Source: an uncultured Methanomicrobiaceae archaeon
GTDB lineage: Archaea > Halobacteriota > Methanomicrobia > Methanomicrobiales > Methanoculleaceae
Reading direction: 5' to 3'
NCBI GenBank assembly: GCA_963826525.1
Contig: CAWGXH010000004.1
Location: forward strand, 928,001-992,000
DNA: 64,000 nucleotides
How positions within the stretch are numbered: the stretch's first letter is position 1; each line of letters starts with the position of its first letter. Under the pieces are notes generated by a model. The model saw nothing but the letters and a program-made list of their open reading frames with translations. It was not told where the DNA came from and ran no database searches. The position numbers were made by a program, and so were the translations under genes. This document shows positions 42,780 through 52,044 of the stretch, piece by piece.

Positions 42780-43147
42780 GGCCCTTCCCCCTTGCGGGTG
42801 ACGCTGAACGGCTGCTTCTGTGCAGTCCGGATCATCGTTCCCTGAAAGTCGATGTTCATCCCGGTCACCGGGATCCCGAAGAGATCGTGCATCTCGTTCT
42901 CAAAGACGAACGCTCCCCAGTAGATCCCGGAGATGCTCGGAACCTCCGTATCCGGGGCGACGGTCACCCGCAGGTTCAGGAACTGGTATTCCCTGTCGAA
43001 CGAGTAGTTGATCTCGTAGGCCTCTTCGAGGGCGGTGCACCCGATCTGGACGAGCCGGTAGCCGTCCTCATGCAGCCTCCGGGCGCTCTCCAGGAGATCG
43101 CCGAGCGGTATCTCCCGTATCGTCTGTTCTTCTGCAGTCATGGTCAA
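42764..43147 (-). CDS. echD: Ech hydrogenase subunit D
   Basis: NuoC-like, VPSIS, FENEMHDLFGI. Confidence 0.9.
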   Translation of the reverse strand: MTMTAEEQTIREIPLGDLLESARRLHEDGYRLVQIGCTALEEAYEINYSFDREYQFLNLRVTVAPDTEVPSISGIYWGAFVFENEMHDLFGIPVTGMNIDFQGTMIRTAQKQPFSVTRKGEGPCRNA

Positions 43148-43620
43148 CTCCCTGCTTCTGCTCCTATTCTTGCCTCTTCTTTCGCACGTGTCCGATCTTC
43201 CATCGTCCGGCGTTTTTCTTCGAGAATGCCGGTCGCCGTCACGATCCCGTCGATGATCGACTCCGGCCGCGCGGCACAGCCCGGGACATAGACATCCACC
43301 GGTATAACCTTATCGACGCCTCCGACGATATTGTAGCATTCCCGGAATATCCCTCCGGAGGTCGCACAGATCCCGACGGCTACCACCACCTTCGGCTCGG
43401 GCATCTGCTCGTAGATGTTCCTGACGACCTCCCTGTTCAGCTCGTTGATCCCGCCGGTGATCACCAGGATATCGGCGTGTTTCGGGTTTCCGGTGTTGAT
43501 GATTCCGAACCGCTCCACATCGTAGAGCGGTGTCAAGCAGGCCAGCACCTCGATGTCGCAGCCGTTGCAGCTCGAGGCATCGTAGTGCAGGAGCCAGGGT
43601 GATCGCTTCAGGAACGCCAT
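43144..43620 (-). CDS. echC: Ech hydrogenase small subunit C
   Basis: SCNGCDIE, GICATSGG, YVPGCAARPE. Confidence 0.95.
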   Translation of the reverse strand: MAFLKRSPWLLHYDASSCNGCDIEVLACLTPLYDVERFGIINTGNPKHADILVITGGINELNREVVRNIYEQMPEPKVVVAVGICATSGGIFRECYNIVGGVDKVIPVDVYVPGCAARPESIIDGIVTATGILEEKRRTMEDRTRAKEEARIGAEAGS

Positions 43621-43625
43621 CGTCG

Positions 43626-44487
43626 TCACACTCCTCCCATGATATATGCAATGATAACCAGGTTCGCAAAGCCAAGGATCGCCGCCGCCCCCCACCCACT
43701 CTGGAGCGCCGACTGCCACCGCAGCCGGGCGGTGGTGTTGTCGATGAAGATCTCCGCGAAGTAGGTGATTGCGACCGCCACTATCCCGAGCACCGGGTTG
43801 AACCCAAAGAATAGGTAGATGAATCCGAGGAGAAAGATGTTTTCATACCAGTGGGCGATCTCGATCTGGCCGAGAGTTGCGCCGGAGAACTCGGTCGTTA
43901 TCCCCTTGACGATCTCCTGGTGCGCATGGTGCGAGGTCGAGATGTCGAAGGGTGATTTTCGCAGTTTAATCGTCAGGACGGTGAGAAACCCGAGGAAGAC
44001 GCCCGGAAGGTAGAGGATGATCGGAACCGTCGATGAGGCGATATCTGCCTGAGTAGAAACTCCCGGTGACCATGTAGAGACCGACCGCTGCGAGGATGAT
44101 CATCGGTTCGTAGGCCATGATCTGGATCAGCTCCCGCTCTGCCCCGATATGGCTGTAAGGCGAGTGGACTGAGTAGGCGCCGAGCACCAGGAAGACGTGG
44201 GCGAGCGTGAAGGCGAAGATGACGAGCAGCAGATCTCCGCCCGCAAAGAAGAGCGCTCCCGATACGACGATGAAGGTGAGGTAGGCGAGAACGTAGAAGT
44301 TCTGCGCTGTGGTGACCACGACGTTCTCCTTCTCGAAGAGTTTGCCGACGTCGTAGAAGGGCTGTAGCAGCGGCGGCCCGACCCTGCCCTGCATCCGGGC
44401 AGTGAGGATGCGGTCTATCCCGGCGACGAGCCCGCCGAAAAGGGGCGCGAGGAGAATGAAGAGAAGGGCACCGAGCAGTCCGTTCAT
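43626..44487 (-). CDS. echB: Ech hydrogenase membrane subunit B (frameshift ~44045)
   Basis: ARMQGRVGPP..QPFYD, YEP, KSPFD..HQEIVKG..EFSG (NuoH-like) across two frames. Confidence 0.92.
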
Positions 44488-46385
44488 GCCGCCACCCCCA
44501 CGAGCAGCCAGGATGCCAGAATAAACACAGTGCAGAGCGCCGTTCCGACCGGAAGCAGCCGGTCTTCGCCGAAGTAGCCGATCAGGTAATAGTTCCTCGT
44601 CGTCATCTCCCGTGCGACCCCCATCGAGCCCAGAAATCGCATATCCGGGGTGGTTGTTCTCCCGCTCATATAGGGGGGAAGGCGTTTCGCGCTCTGCCGG
44701 AAGAGCAGGAAGGAGACGGGCAGGATAAGGAGCAGGAAGAGCATCAGTGCCATGATGGCGATATTAGCCTGCGAAAGGCGTGCCGTTGTGCCGTAGATCG
44801 AAAAGACATAGGGTTCTATCAGCACCGATGAGATGAGTGGGAAGAGAAAGACCGTGGCTGCCACGAGCGCGGTGAGCACGTACAGCGGAGCCCACCGCTC
44901 CTGCCTGAAACTCTTCTCGACCTTTGTGCGGTACCGGGTGACCGCCACAAGCTTGCCCATCCACTTCGCCCAGAAGAAGACCGTGACCGCACCGCCGTAC
45001 GCGAGGATGGCGACGAATATGAGGCCATAGGGTGCCTGCACGAACCCTTCGATGGCCGCCCACTTGGAGATGAGCATTCCGAAGGGTGCGAGGAACATCC
45101 CGGCGATCCCAATGAACATCATCACTGCCATCTTCGGCATCCGGACGATCAGTCCCTCCATATCCTCGATGTCCCTGCTGTGGATCCGGTGTTCGACGGT
45201 GCCGACGCAGAGGAAGAGGAGCGACTTCGAGATGGCGTGGAAGATGATCAGCAGGATCGCCGCCCAGACGAGCATGGGCGTTCCCACCCCGGCGCAGGCG
45301 GCGATCAGTCCGAGGTTTGCGACGGTCGAGTAGGCTAAGACGGATTTTGCGTCGCTCTGCGAGATCGCTATCGCAGATGCGACGAGGAACGTCACGGCAC
45401 CGACCATCCCGATCGAGACTCCGGCCAGCGTCCCGGCGTAGACCGGGGCGAACCGCACCAGGATGTAGACTCCTGCCTTCACCATCGTGCTTGAGTGGAG
45501 GAGGGCGGAGACCGGTGTCGGGGCGACCATCGCCCCGAGGAGCCAGGTGGAGAAGGGCATCAGCGCCGCTTTGGTTATCCCGGCAAACCCGATCAGGACG
45601 GCAGGAAGGATGGCTATCGCCTCCCCGGAGGCGAGGAGTTGGTCGAGCTCGAGGATATGGCCGGCCGGATCAATCGCCGCAAGATAGATCAGGGCGGCAG
45701 CGAATGCGATACCGCCGAGCAGGTTCATATTAAGCGCCCGAAAGGCGTTCCGTGTCGCTTCCGTCGTCTCCGAGTACCCGATCAGTAGGAAGGAGCTGAT
45801 GGTGGTCACCTCCCAGAAGAAGAATATCCACTGGAGGTTGTTTGAGAATATCAGGCCGAACATGGCGGCGAGGAAGACGAAGATGACGAAGAAGAAGAAC
45901 CGCTGCCGGTCACGCACCTCCGGGTGCTCGCTATGGTAGGTTTCCATGTAGCGGAGAGCGTACACTGCGATGAGGCTGCCGATGATCCCGATGATCAGAG
46001 CCATGATGACGGAGAACTGGTCGATGAAGAGATTGTTCACCGGGTGGAGGCCTTCTGCATACAGGAGCTCGAACGAGACGATCAGGGCGGTCTGTACCGT
46101 GATGAGTGCGATCGCCAGATAGTTCCTGAACCGGAGACCGAGGTAGGCGATATAGGCCGCTAGGCCCAGTTCGACGATCACCATGATCCGGCTCACCGGC
46201 TCCGACGGGACGGCAAAGAGTATCAGATCCTGCATTCCGTAGACGGCGAGCAGGAGAACTGAGGCGGCGCCGATTACCACGGCAGCGGCGGTGACCAACG
46301 CGAACCGGATCTTTTTCCGGTTCGCGAGCAGCATCCCGACGGCGATGACAGCGGGAAAGAGTATCAGAAACAGCAGTGTCTCCAC
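44484..46385 (-). CDS. echA: Ech hydrogenase antiporter-like membrane subunit A
   Basis: FFWEVTT, AMVAPTPVSALLHSSTMVKAGVY, HAISKSLLFL (NuoL-like). Confidence 0.95.
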   Translation of the reverse strand: METLLFLILFPAVIAVGMLLANRKKIRFALVTAAAVVIGAASVLLLAVYGMQDLILFAVPSEPVSRIMVIVELGLAAYIAYLGLRFRNYLAIALITVQTALIVSFELLYAEGLHPVNNLFIDQFSVIMALIIGIIGSLIAVYALRYMETYHSEHPEVRDRQRFFFFVIFVFLAAMFGLIFSNNLQWIFFFWEVTTISSFLLIGYSETTEATRNAFRALNMNLLGGIAFAAALIYLAAIDPAGHILELDQLLASGEAIAILPAVLIGFAGITKAALMPFSTWLLGAMVAPTPVSALLHSSTMVKAGVYILVRFAPVYAGTLAGVSIGMVGAVTFLVASAIAISQSDAKSVLAYSTVANLGLIAACAGVGTPMLVWAAILLIIFHAISKSLLFLCVGTVEHRIHSRDIEDMEGLIVRMPKMAVMMFIGIAGMFLAPFGMLISKWAAIEGFVQAPYGLIFVAILAYGGAVTVFFWAKWMGKLVAVTRYRTKVEKSFRQERWAPLYVLTALVAATVFLFPLISSVLIEPYVFSIYGTTARLSQANIAIMALMLFLLLILPVSFLLFRQSAKRLPPYMSGRTTTPDMRFLGSMGVAREMTTRNYYLIGYFGEDRLLPVGTALCTVFILASWLLVGVAA

Positions 46386-46469
46386 AAAAGCCCCTCGAAT
46401 GGTTACTATACCTGATCTACATTATTAATCATTCTAAATTGTGCGGTGGGTCAGGGCTGCCTGTCCGTC

Positions 46470-46829
46470 TCAGGCCCGCTCTTTTACGTTCCTGACTCCG
46501 CCGCCCGGGTGGCGTGAATCGCCCCGGTAGCGCGGGATGAAGTGGACGTGGACGTGCATAACTCCCTGCCCGGCCACCTCGCCGATATTGACGCCGATAT
46601 TGTAGCCATCGGGGTGGTGTTCGCGGTCGACGATCGCTTTGCAGTCCTCGGCGAGCCGTGCGAGCGCCAGCCGTTCCGCATCGGTCGTCTCAAAAGCGCT
46701 GGCTACGTGCCGGAAGGGGATGAGGAGGAGGTGTCCGGGGTTCACCGGGTGGATGTCGTAGCGGGCGTAAGCGAGATCGTTCTTCGCCACGATGACCGCC
46801 GGGTCGGGGTTGCAGAAGGGGCATGCCAT
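46470..46829 (-). CDS. HIT family nucleotide hydrolase
   Basis: CPFC, PGHLL, GYNIGVN, HVHVHFIPR. Confidence 0.93.
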   Translation of the reverse strand: MACPFCNPDPAVIVAKNDLAYARYDIHPVNPGHLLLIPFRHVASAFETTDAERLALARLAEDCKAIVDREHHPDGYNIGVNIGEVAGQGVMHVHVHFIPRYRGDSRHPGGGVRNVKERA

Positions 46830-46877
46830 GCTCCCCACTCCTCACCGATCCGATATGAGCCTTTCCGCACGTCCCCC

Positions 46878-48056
46878 TCACCCGAGCAGCCCGGCGATCA
46901 GCCTCCCGATCCTGCTCCGCTCAAGCGCGATCGCCTCATTCGTGCACATCTCGTGGCAGCAGTAGCAGCGAATGCACCGTGTGAGATCGATGACCGCCTT
47001 TCCGTTCTGCACTGTTATGGCTCCCATCGGGCAGATCCGCTCGCACTTTCTGCAGCTGGTGCACGACGCTGCTATGACCTTCGGTGAGAGGGCATAGGCC
47101 GCGCCGAACCGCTGGACGACGGCGAGGAGCGCCCGCCGCCAGATCCCGGTTCTGCCCCCGGTATAGGTGGATGGCTTTTTGAAGTCGGGCACTGCTATCT
47201 CGTCCGGCGGGACACCCCGCGTCACGACGCCGGCAAAGTCAGGGTCGACGAGTCCGCGGTTTACGGCGGCCCGGATCGACCCGATCTCCAGCGGGTCGTA
47301 CCCGATGAGGCGGGCGAGCACCACGTCCATGGCCGTATAACTACCGCTCGCGAGGACGGCGCCGATCTTTCGTGGCGTCCCCGACTGCGGCCCATCGCCC
47401 TCCATCCCTACGATCGCATCCATGATCTGGAGGCGGGGCTTCATCAGCTCGTTGAGGTCGACGAGCATCCTTCCGAACTCCGCTTCGTCCCTGAACCGGA
47501 AGTGGAAGGCGGGTTTTTCAAAGCCTGGTATCAGGCCGAAGAGGTTCTTCGTCGCCCCGCTCATCCGCGTCCACATATGCGTCTTCGCCTTCGAGACGAC
47601 CACAATCGCATCGGCTTTGAGTGCCGGGGTGATGATCGAAAAGCGCTTCATCACCTCGGCGTCAGGAAAAGGAACTTCCCGGTGGCCGGGGTCGAGGTTG
47701 ACGTCAATCCCGAGTTCTTCGGCGACCGCAGCGAATCCGGAGGCGGTATATGCCCGGCGAAGGTTCCCTTCGGAGTAGACGATCCCGGCTCCCGGGCTGT
47801 CGGCGATCACCACCCGGCAGCCGTGTTCGGTGAGGAGCTCTGCGACGGCGAAGACCACCTCGGGATGGGTGGTGACGCACCGTCCGGGGTCGGATCCCTG
47901 CAGCATATTCGGCTTCAAAAGGACGGTCTCGCCCGGCGAGACGAAGGCGTTCATCCCGCCGAGAAATTCGACCGCTTCCCTGACCGCCTTCCTGACCTCT
48001 TCACGGCGGTATCCGTCGCAGCGGACGATGGATACCGGTATCTCAGCTGCTGCCAT
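46878..48056 (-). CDS. DUF362 domain Fe-S protein with C-terminal ferredoxin
   Basis: LLKPN, TTHP, KTH, KNLFG, GMEGDGP, CTSCRKCERICP / CIRCYCCHEMC. Confidence 0.9.
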   Translation of the reverse strand: MAAAEIPVSIVRCDGYRREEVRKAVREAVEFLGGMNAFVSPGETVLLKPNMLQGSDPGRCVTTHPEVVFAVAELLTEHGCRVVIADSPGAGIVYSEGNLRRAYTASGFAAVAEELGIDVNLDPGHREVPFPDAEVMKRFSIITPALKADAIVVVSKAKTHMWTRMSGATKNLFGLIPGFEKPAFHFRFRDEAEFGRMLVDLNELMKPRLQIMDAIVGMEGDGPQSGTPRKIGAVLASGSYTAMDVVLARLIGYDPLEIGSIRAAVNRGLVDPDFAGVVTRGVPPDEIAVPDFKKPSTYTGGRTGIWRRALLAVVQRFGAAYALSPKVIAASCTSCRKCERICPMGAITVQNGKAVIDLTRCIRCYCCHEMCTNEAIALERSRIGRLIAGLLG

Positions 48057-48084
48057 GCTCGCTTCCTGTAGGGTGCCGCAGTTC

Positions 48085-48867
48085 TTATCCTCTCCCCTCG
48101 CCGAGCCGGGTGAGGGCATCCTCTGCAGCAAGCATGGCGGCACCCTGCTTGGTGCTGTCGGTTCCCTCGCCCCATGCCTGCTTTCCGAGCAGTACCCGTG
48201 CAGTCCAGGTGGCGGCTTTATCAGGCCCTGTCTGTCGGTACTCATACTCGACGTTCCCGAGTTTCCGCCGGCCCGCGAGCTCCTGAAGTCTTCCTTTATA
48301 GTTCTGCGAGAGATCGAACCGCTCGATCTCCTCCGAAAAGATCGCAAGGATGATCGTCCGCACCGCCTCCATGCCGCGGTCGAGGTAGATAGCGCCGAGA
48401 AGTGCCTCGAATGCGTCGGCGATGACGGCGTCGGTGAGAACCTGGCCCCGCCGCCGTAGCGCTCCGTCGATTCCGAGATTCCGGGAGAGGGCGATATCTG
48501 CCAGATTATCGTTCCCGGTCACCTGAAGCCGTTTGTTCAACTCGCCGGGAGGGAGGTTGTAGTGGGTGTACAGGTAATCGGCAACGACGAAGTCGAGGAC
48601 GTAATTGCCGAGAAATTCGAGCCGTTCGTTGTCTCCGGAGGCGGAGAGCCGGTACCGTGTCCCTTCAACGTAAGATCGGTGCGTTAACGCCCGGTCGTAG
48701 AGCAGAAGCGCTTCTGCATCTACTATCTCGAGATTGAACGGCGGTGCGCTGAGGAGCCACCGGAGCTCCGCCTCGCGGTCGGGAGCCGGCGGGAGGGGTC
48801 TCTCTTCGCGGTGCCGTTGCAGAAAGGAGGGGATCCTCAGTCTGATCGGGAATGCAGGGAACTTCAT
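48085..48867 (-). CDS. rnc: Ribonuclease III with C-terminal dsRBD
   Basis: ALTHRSY, NERLEFLGN, ADAFEALLGAIYLD, NYKGRLQE, KQGAAMLAA. Confidence 0.92.
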   Translation of the reverse strand: MKFPAFPIRLRIPSFLQRHREERPLPPAPDREAELRWLLSAPPFNLEIVDAEALLLYDRALTHRSYVEGTRYRLSASGDNERLEFLGNYVLDFVVADYLYTHYNLPPGELNKRLQVTGNDNLADIALSRNLGIDGALRRRGQVLTDAVIADAFEALLGAIYLDRGMEAVRTIILAIFSEEIERFDLSQNYKGRLQELAGRRKLGNVEYEYRQTGPDKAATWTARVLLGKQAWGEGTDSTKQGAAMLAAEDALTRLGEGRG

Positions 48868-48982
48868 AGGTGGAAGTGTTGATGAATGTCCGCGTTGCGC
48901 CAACTTATAACCGCCCCTCCCTTCCGGAGGGGAAGGCTCTTCACCCCCGCGGGTATACAGACGCCCCGGGAAGCGGGGTGGT

Positions 48983-49813
48983 ATGGTCGATATCTGGACG
49001 GTGCTCGTGGTGGTCGTTGTCATCATACTGGTTTTGCCGGTTTTTCTGCGTTTCGTCACTCGGACCCGTCGTATCAGGATGATCCGGACGATCGAAGAGA
49101 TGCGGGCAACACGGGTGATCACCCTGATCCACCGGCAGGAGCGCGTGACGTTCCTCGGCATCCCCCTCGTCCGCTACATCGACATCACCGACGCCGAAGA
49201 TCTTCTGCGGGCTATCCGGCTCACTCCGGCAACCATGCCGATCGATCTGGTCGTCCACACGCCGGGCGGCCTCGTTCTCCCGGCAGAGCAGATTGCAATG
49301 GCGCTCAAACGGCACTCCGCCCCTGTCACGGCCTTTGTCCCCCACTATGCGATGTCCGGGGGGACGCTGCTCTGCCTTGCAGCTTCCCGGGTGGTGATGG
49401 ATGAAAACGCCGTCCTCGGACCGGTCGATCCGATCGTAGGACGATATCCTGCGGCGTCGATCCTGCACGCAGCCCGCGTAAAAGATGTCAACGAGGTCGA
49501 CGACGAGACGCTCATCCTTGCGGATATCGCCGGAAAAGCCCGAAATCAGATGCAGGAGTTCGTCCGCGCTATGCTCGCCGGGACAGTGGATGCAGAGATT
49601 GGGGCGCGGATAGCCGATGCCCTGACCGGCGGGGTGTGGACGCACGACTATCCGATAACCTGCCGCGAGGCCGCCGGGATAGGGCTCCCGGTCTCCTGCG
49701 GAATGCCGGAGGAGATACACCGGCTAATGGAACTCTTCCCGCAGGCGATGCCGGGGCGCCCTGCGGTCGAGTATATCCCGGTGCCGTACTGGAAGAAGGG
49801 AGAGCGGCGATAG
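48983..49813 (+). CDS. Membrane-anchored SDH-family ClpP-fold serine protease
   Basis: N-terminal TM, IHRQE, HTPGG, PHYAMSGGT, LGPVDP, WTHDYPI. Confidence 0.9.
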   Translation: MVDIWTVLVVVVVIILVLPVFLRFVTRTRRIRMIRTIEEMRATRVITLIHRQERVTFLGIPLVRYIDITDAEDLLRAIRLTPATMPIDLVVHTPGGLVLPAEQIAMALKRHSAPVTAFVPHYAMSGGTLLCLAASRVVMDENAVLGPVDPIVGRYPAASILHAARVKDVNEVDDETLILADIAGKARNQMQEFVRAMLAGTVDAEIGARIADALTGGVWTHDYPITCREAAGIGLPVSCGMPEEIHRLMELFPQAMPGRPAVEYIPVPYWKKGERR

Positions 49814-49895
49814 GTCACTCTATCCGGGGAACTCTGGCGGAATCTTTTACCCGTACGAGGCCTCAAACTATGTATCCCGCTGCCGGGGAGGTGCG

Positions 49896-50648
49896 ATGAT
49901 ATCCGGTGATACTGCATACCTGGATCTCGAGTTCGGATACGTTTACGGGACGGCGCGAGCCGTGATCATGCCGATCGAGATCGGCGTGGTCGTCCACCGC
50001 CGCGAGGACGACTCCGTCAGGTATGCGGGAGACGTGTTCCGCTACGACATCGACGTCGAGATCTGGAAGAAGGTCGCCGACGACTGCGGGCGCACCGTCG
50101 GCGTCTCGACGTCGGTCGCGAACACCGGCGAGGGTGTCTACGGGAAACCCTACGACCACTATTTCCGCCTCGCCGGAGAAGGCGTTTCCTCATCTCAGAC
50201 GTTCTCCCGAGCGGCGTTTGCGGATCTGCGCACTTTTATGAATAACCTCCTCACGAACGGGGAGGTTTCGACGCTGGTCGTCTTTGCGGCTGATATGGAG
50301 AAGATGGCGTTTCGCGAGGCTGATATCCTAACTGAGAGTTACACACTCGTCGATCTCCAGCGGGAGATCAAGCGGCATATGTCGCTGCGCGATCTCCTCT
50401 CGCTCGATAGGGCGTCCCGTCTCGTCGACTTCCGAGCAGACAACGGCGTTATCGCCTCAGCGCATTTCGAGTACCCGATCCCGGCCGCGTTCCAGGGCTG
50501 CCTGCAACCCCACCGGGGGATGGGCGATGCCGCACGGATATTTCTCCTTGCACGGGAGTTCTTCGACCGGCGGGAGGCTTTTACAAAGAGAATAGAAGCG
50601 CTCACCCGGGTATGCGCGGCGCCCCGCGAGCCGGAGAGCGGCAGGTGA
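49896..50648 (+). CDS. Putative DEDDh (DnaQ-like) 3'-5' exonuclease, paralog B
   Basis: ExoI YLDLEF + PIEIGVV, VDLQR, ExoIII PHRGMGDA; aligns end to end with 39100-39876. Confidence 0.7.
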   Translation: MISGDTAYLDLEFGYVYGTARAVIMPIEIGVVVHRREDDSVRYAGDVFRYDIDVEIWKKVADDCGRTVGVSTSVANTGEGVYGKPYDHYFRLAGEGVSSSQTFSRAAFADLRTFMNNLLTNGEVSTLVVFAADMEKMAFREADILTESYTLVDLQREIKRHMSLRDLLSLDRASRLVDFRADNGVIASAHFEYPIPAAFQGCLQPHRGMGDAARIFLLAREFFDRREAFTKRIEALTRVCAAPREPESGR

Positions 50649-50679
50649 TTATACCGGATGCAGGCGACGATACTGTGCT

Positions 50680-52044
50680 GGATCGGGTTTTGGGAGAGAG
50701 TAGCGATCGTGGCGGCATGATTGGCTGCACCTCGGAGCGAGAGGGTTCCTGTCAGATCTCCGACGTCGTTCGCGCGGAGCATGATCCCCTGTCTCTGCAT
50801 CAGATCGTGAGATAGTTGAGTGCCGGATCGTGGGACCCCGAGATGAGCAGGGAGCGGTTGACATCCTCCTCGGGTTCCATCAGGCGGACATCGATCTCCG
50901 TCCCCGTAGCGATCTCTTCGACGGCAGGGGGGATGTGCAGATAGCCGTTCGCCCGGAGAGCGGCCATCTGCATCCCGGCGTCCCTCCTCTCGGGGAGCGC
51001 AACGTGGTGAGCTCCGAGGCGTGTGACCGTCATAAGGATAAATTCATCGTAACCGGGCTTTGACGTGAGTGGCTGGGCGAGTCGAGCACGGACGCTCCCG
51101 GTGGGGCGGGCTCTGAATCCCCAGGAGGCCAGCAGCGGCATGGCGATCTCCCGGAGGATCGTCAGTGCCGCCGCCGGATTTCCCGGAAGCCCGATCACGG
51201 GTGTATCGTCAACCCTCCCGATTATTGCCGGCCTCCCCGGTTTCACGGCAATTCCGTGGGCCAGCACCTCCCCGAGCCCGGCAATGGCACTTGCCGTGAA
51301 GTCCCGCATCCCTGCCGACGATCCTGCCGAGATCAGGACGAGATCGTTCTCCCGGGCACCGGTCTCGATCGCTCTCCGGATCAGGTCGGGTTCATCCCGG
51401 ACAATGGGATGGCGGGCCGGGGTTGCCCCGACTTCGGCAAGCCACACGGATGCCACGGCAACATTGCTCTCGATCACCTGCCCTGGCTCCGGGAGCGTGC
51501 CAAGGGGAACGAGCTCGTTGCCGGTGGGAATGAGGCCGACCCTGACTGCATCGACAGTGACCTCCGTGATGCCGCAGGTCGTGAGCGCACCGATGTCGTA
51601 GGATCTGATTCGGTGGCCTGCAGGGAGGAGTCTTGCTCCTGCTTGAATCTCTTCTCCGTGTCTCCTGATGTACTGCCACGGGCAGGCGTTCTGCCGAACA
51701 ATCCATCCTCCCGATACCCCGTCCTGCCGGAGGTCCTCGATCATGATGACCGCATCGTACCCGGGGGGCACAGCATTGCCGGTGTTGACCCGGACAGCAT
51801 CGGTAACGGTTACCGGGTGGCGAGCGCTCGCACCGCATGTGTCGCTGCTCTTAACCGCAATGCCGTCCCTTGCTGCGACGTTCACCCCGGGCAGGGTGAG
51901 GGGGGAGAAGATCGGCTGATAGGTTACTCTCCCGACCGATCCAAGAACCGGAATACGCTCGCTCCGATCGGGTTTTGGGAATGAACCCGTGACCAGTGAG
52001 ACTGCTTGTTGTAGGGGGAGGAGGGACTGATGTCTCCTCACCAT
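50680..52044 (-). CDS. moeA: Molybdopterin molybdo/tungstotransferase MoeA with truncated C-terminal PBP-domain remnant (3' end approximate)
   Basis: AARDGIAV, VNTG, TGNEL, SAGSSAG.RDF, KPGRP, GLPGNP; SGSHDP then frameshift ~50810. Confidence 0.85.
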
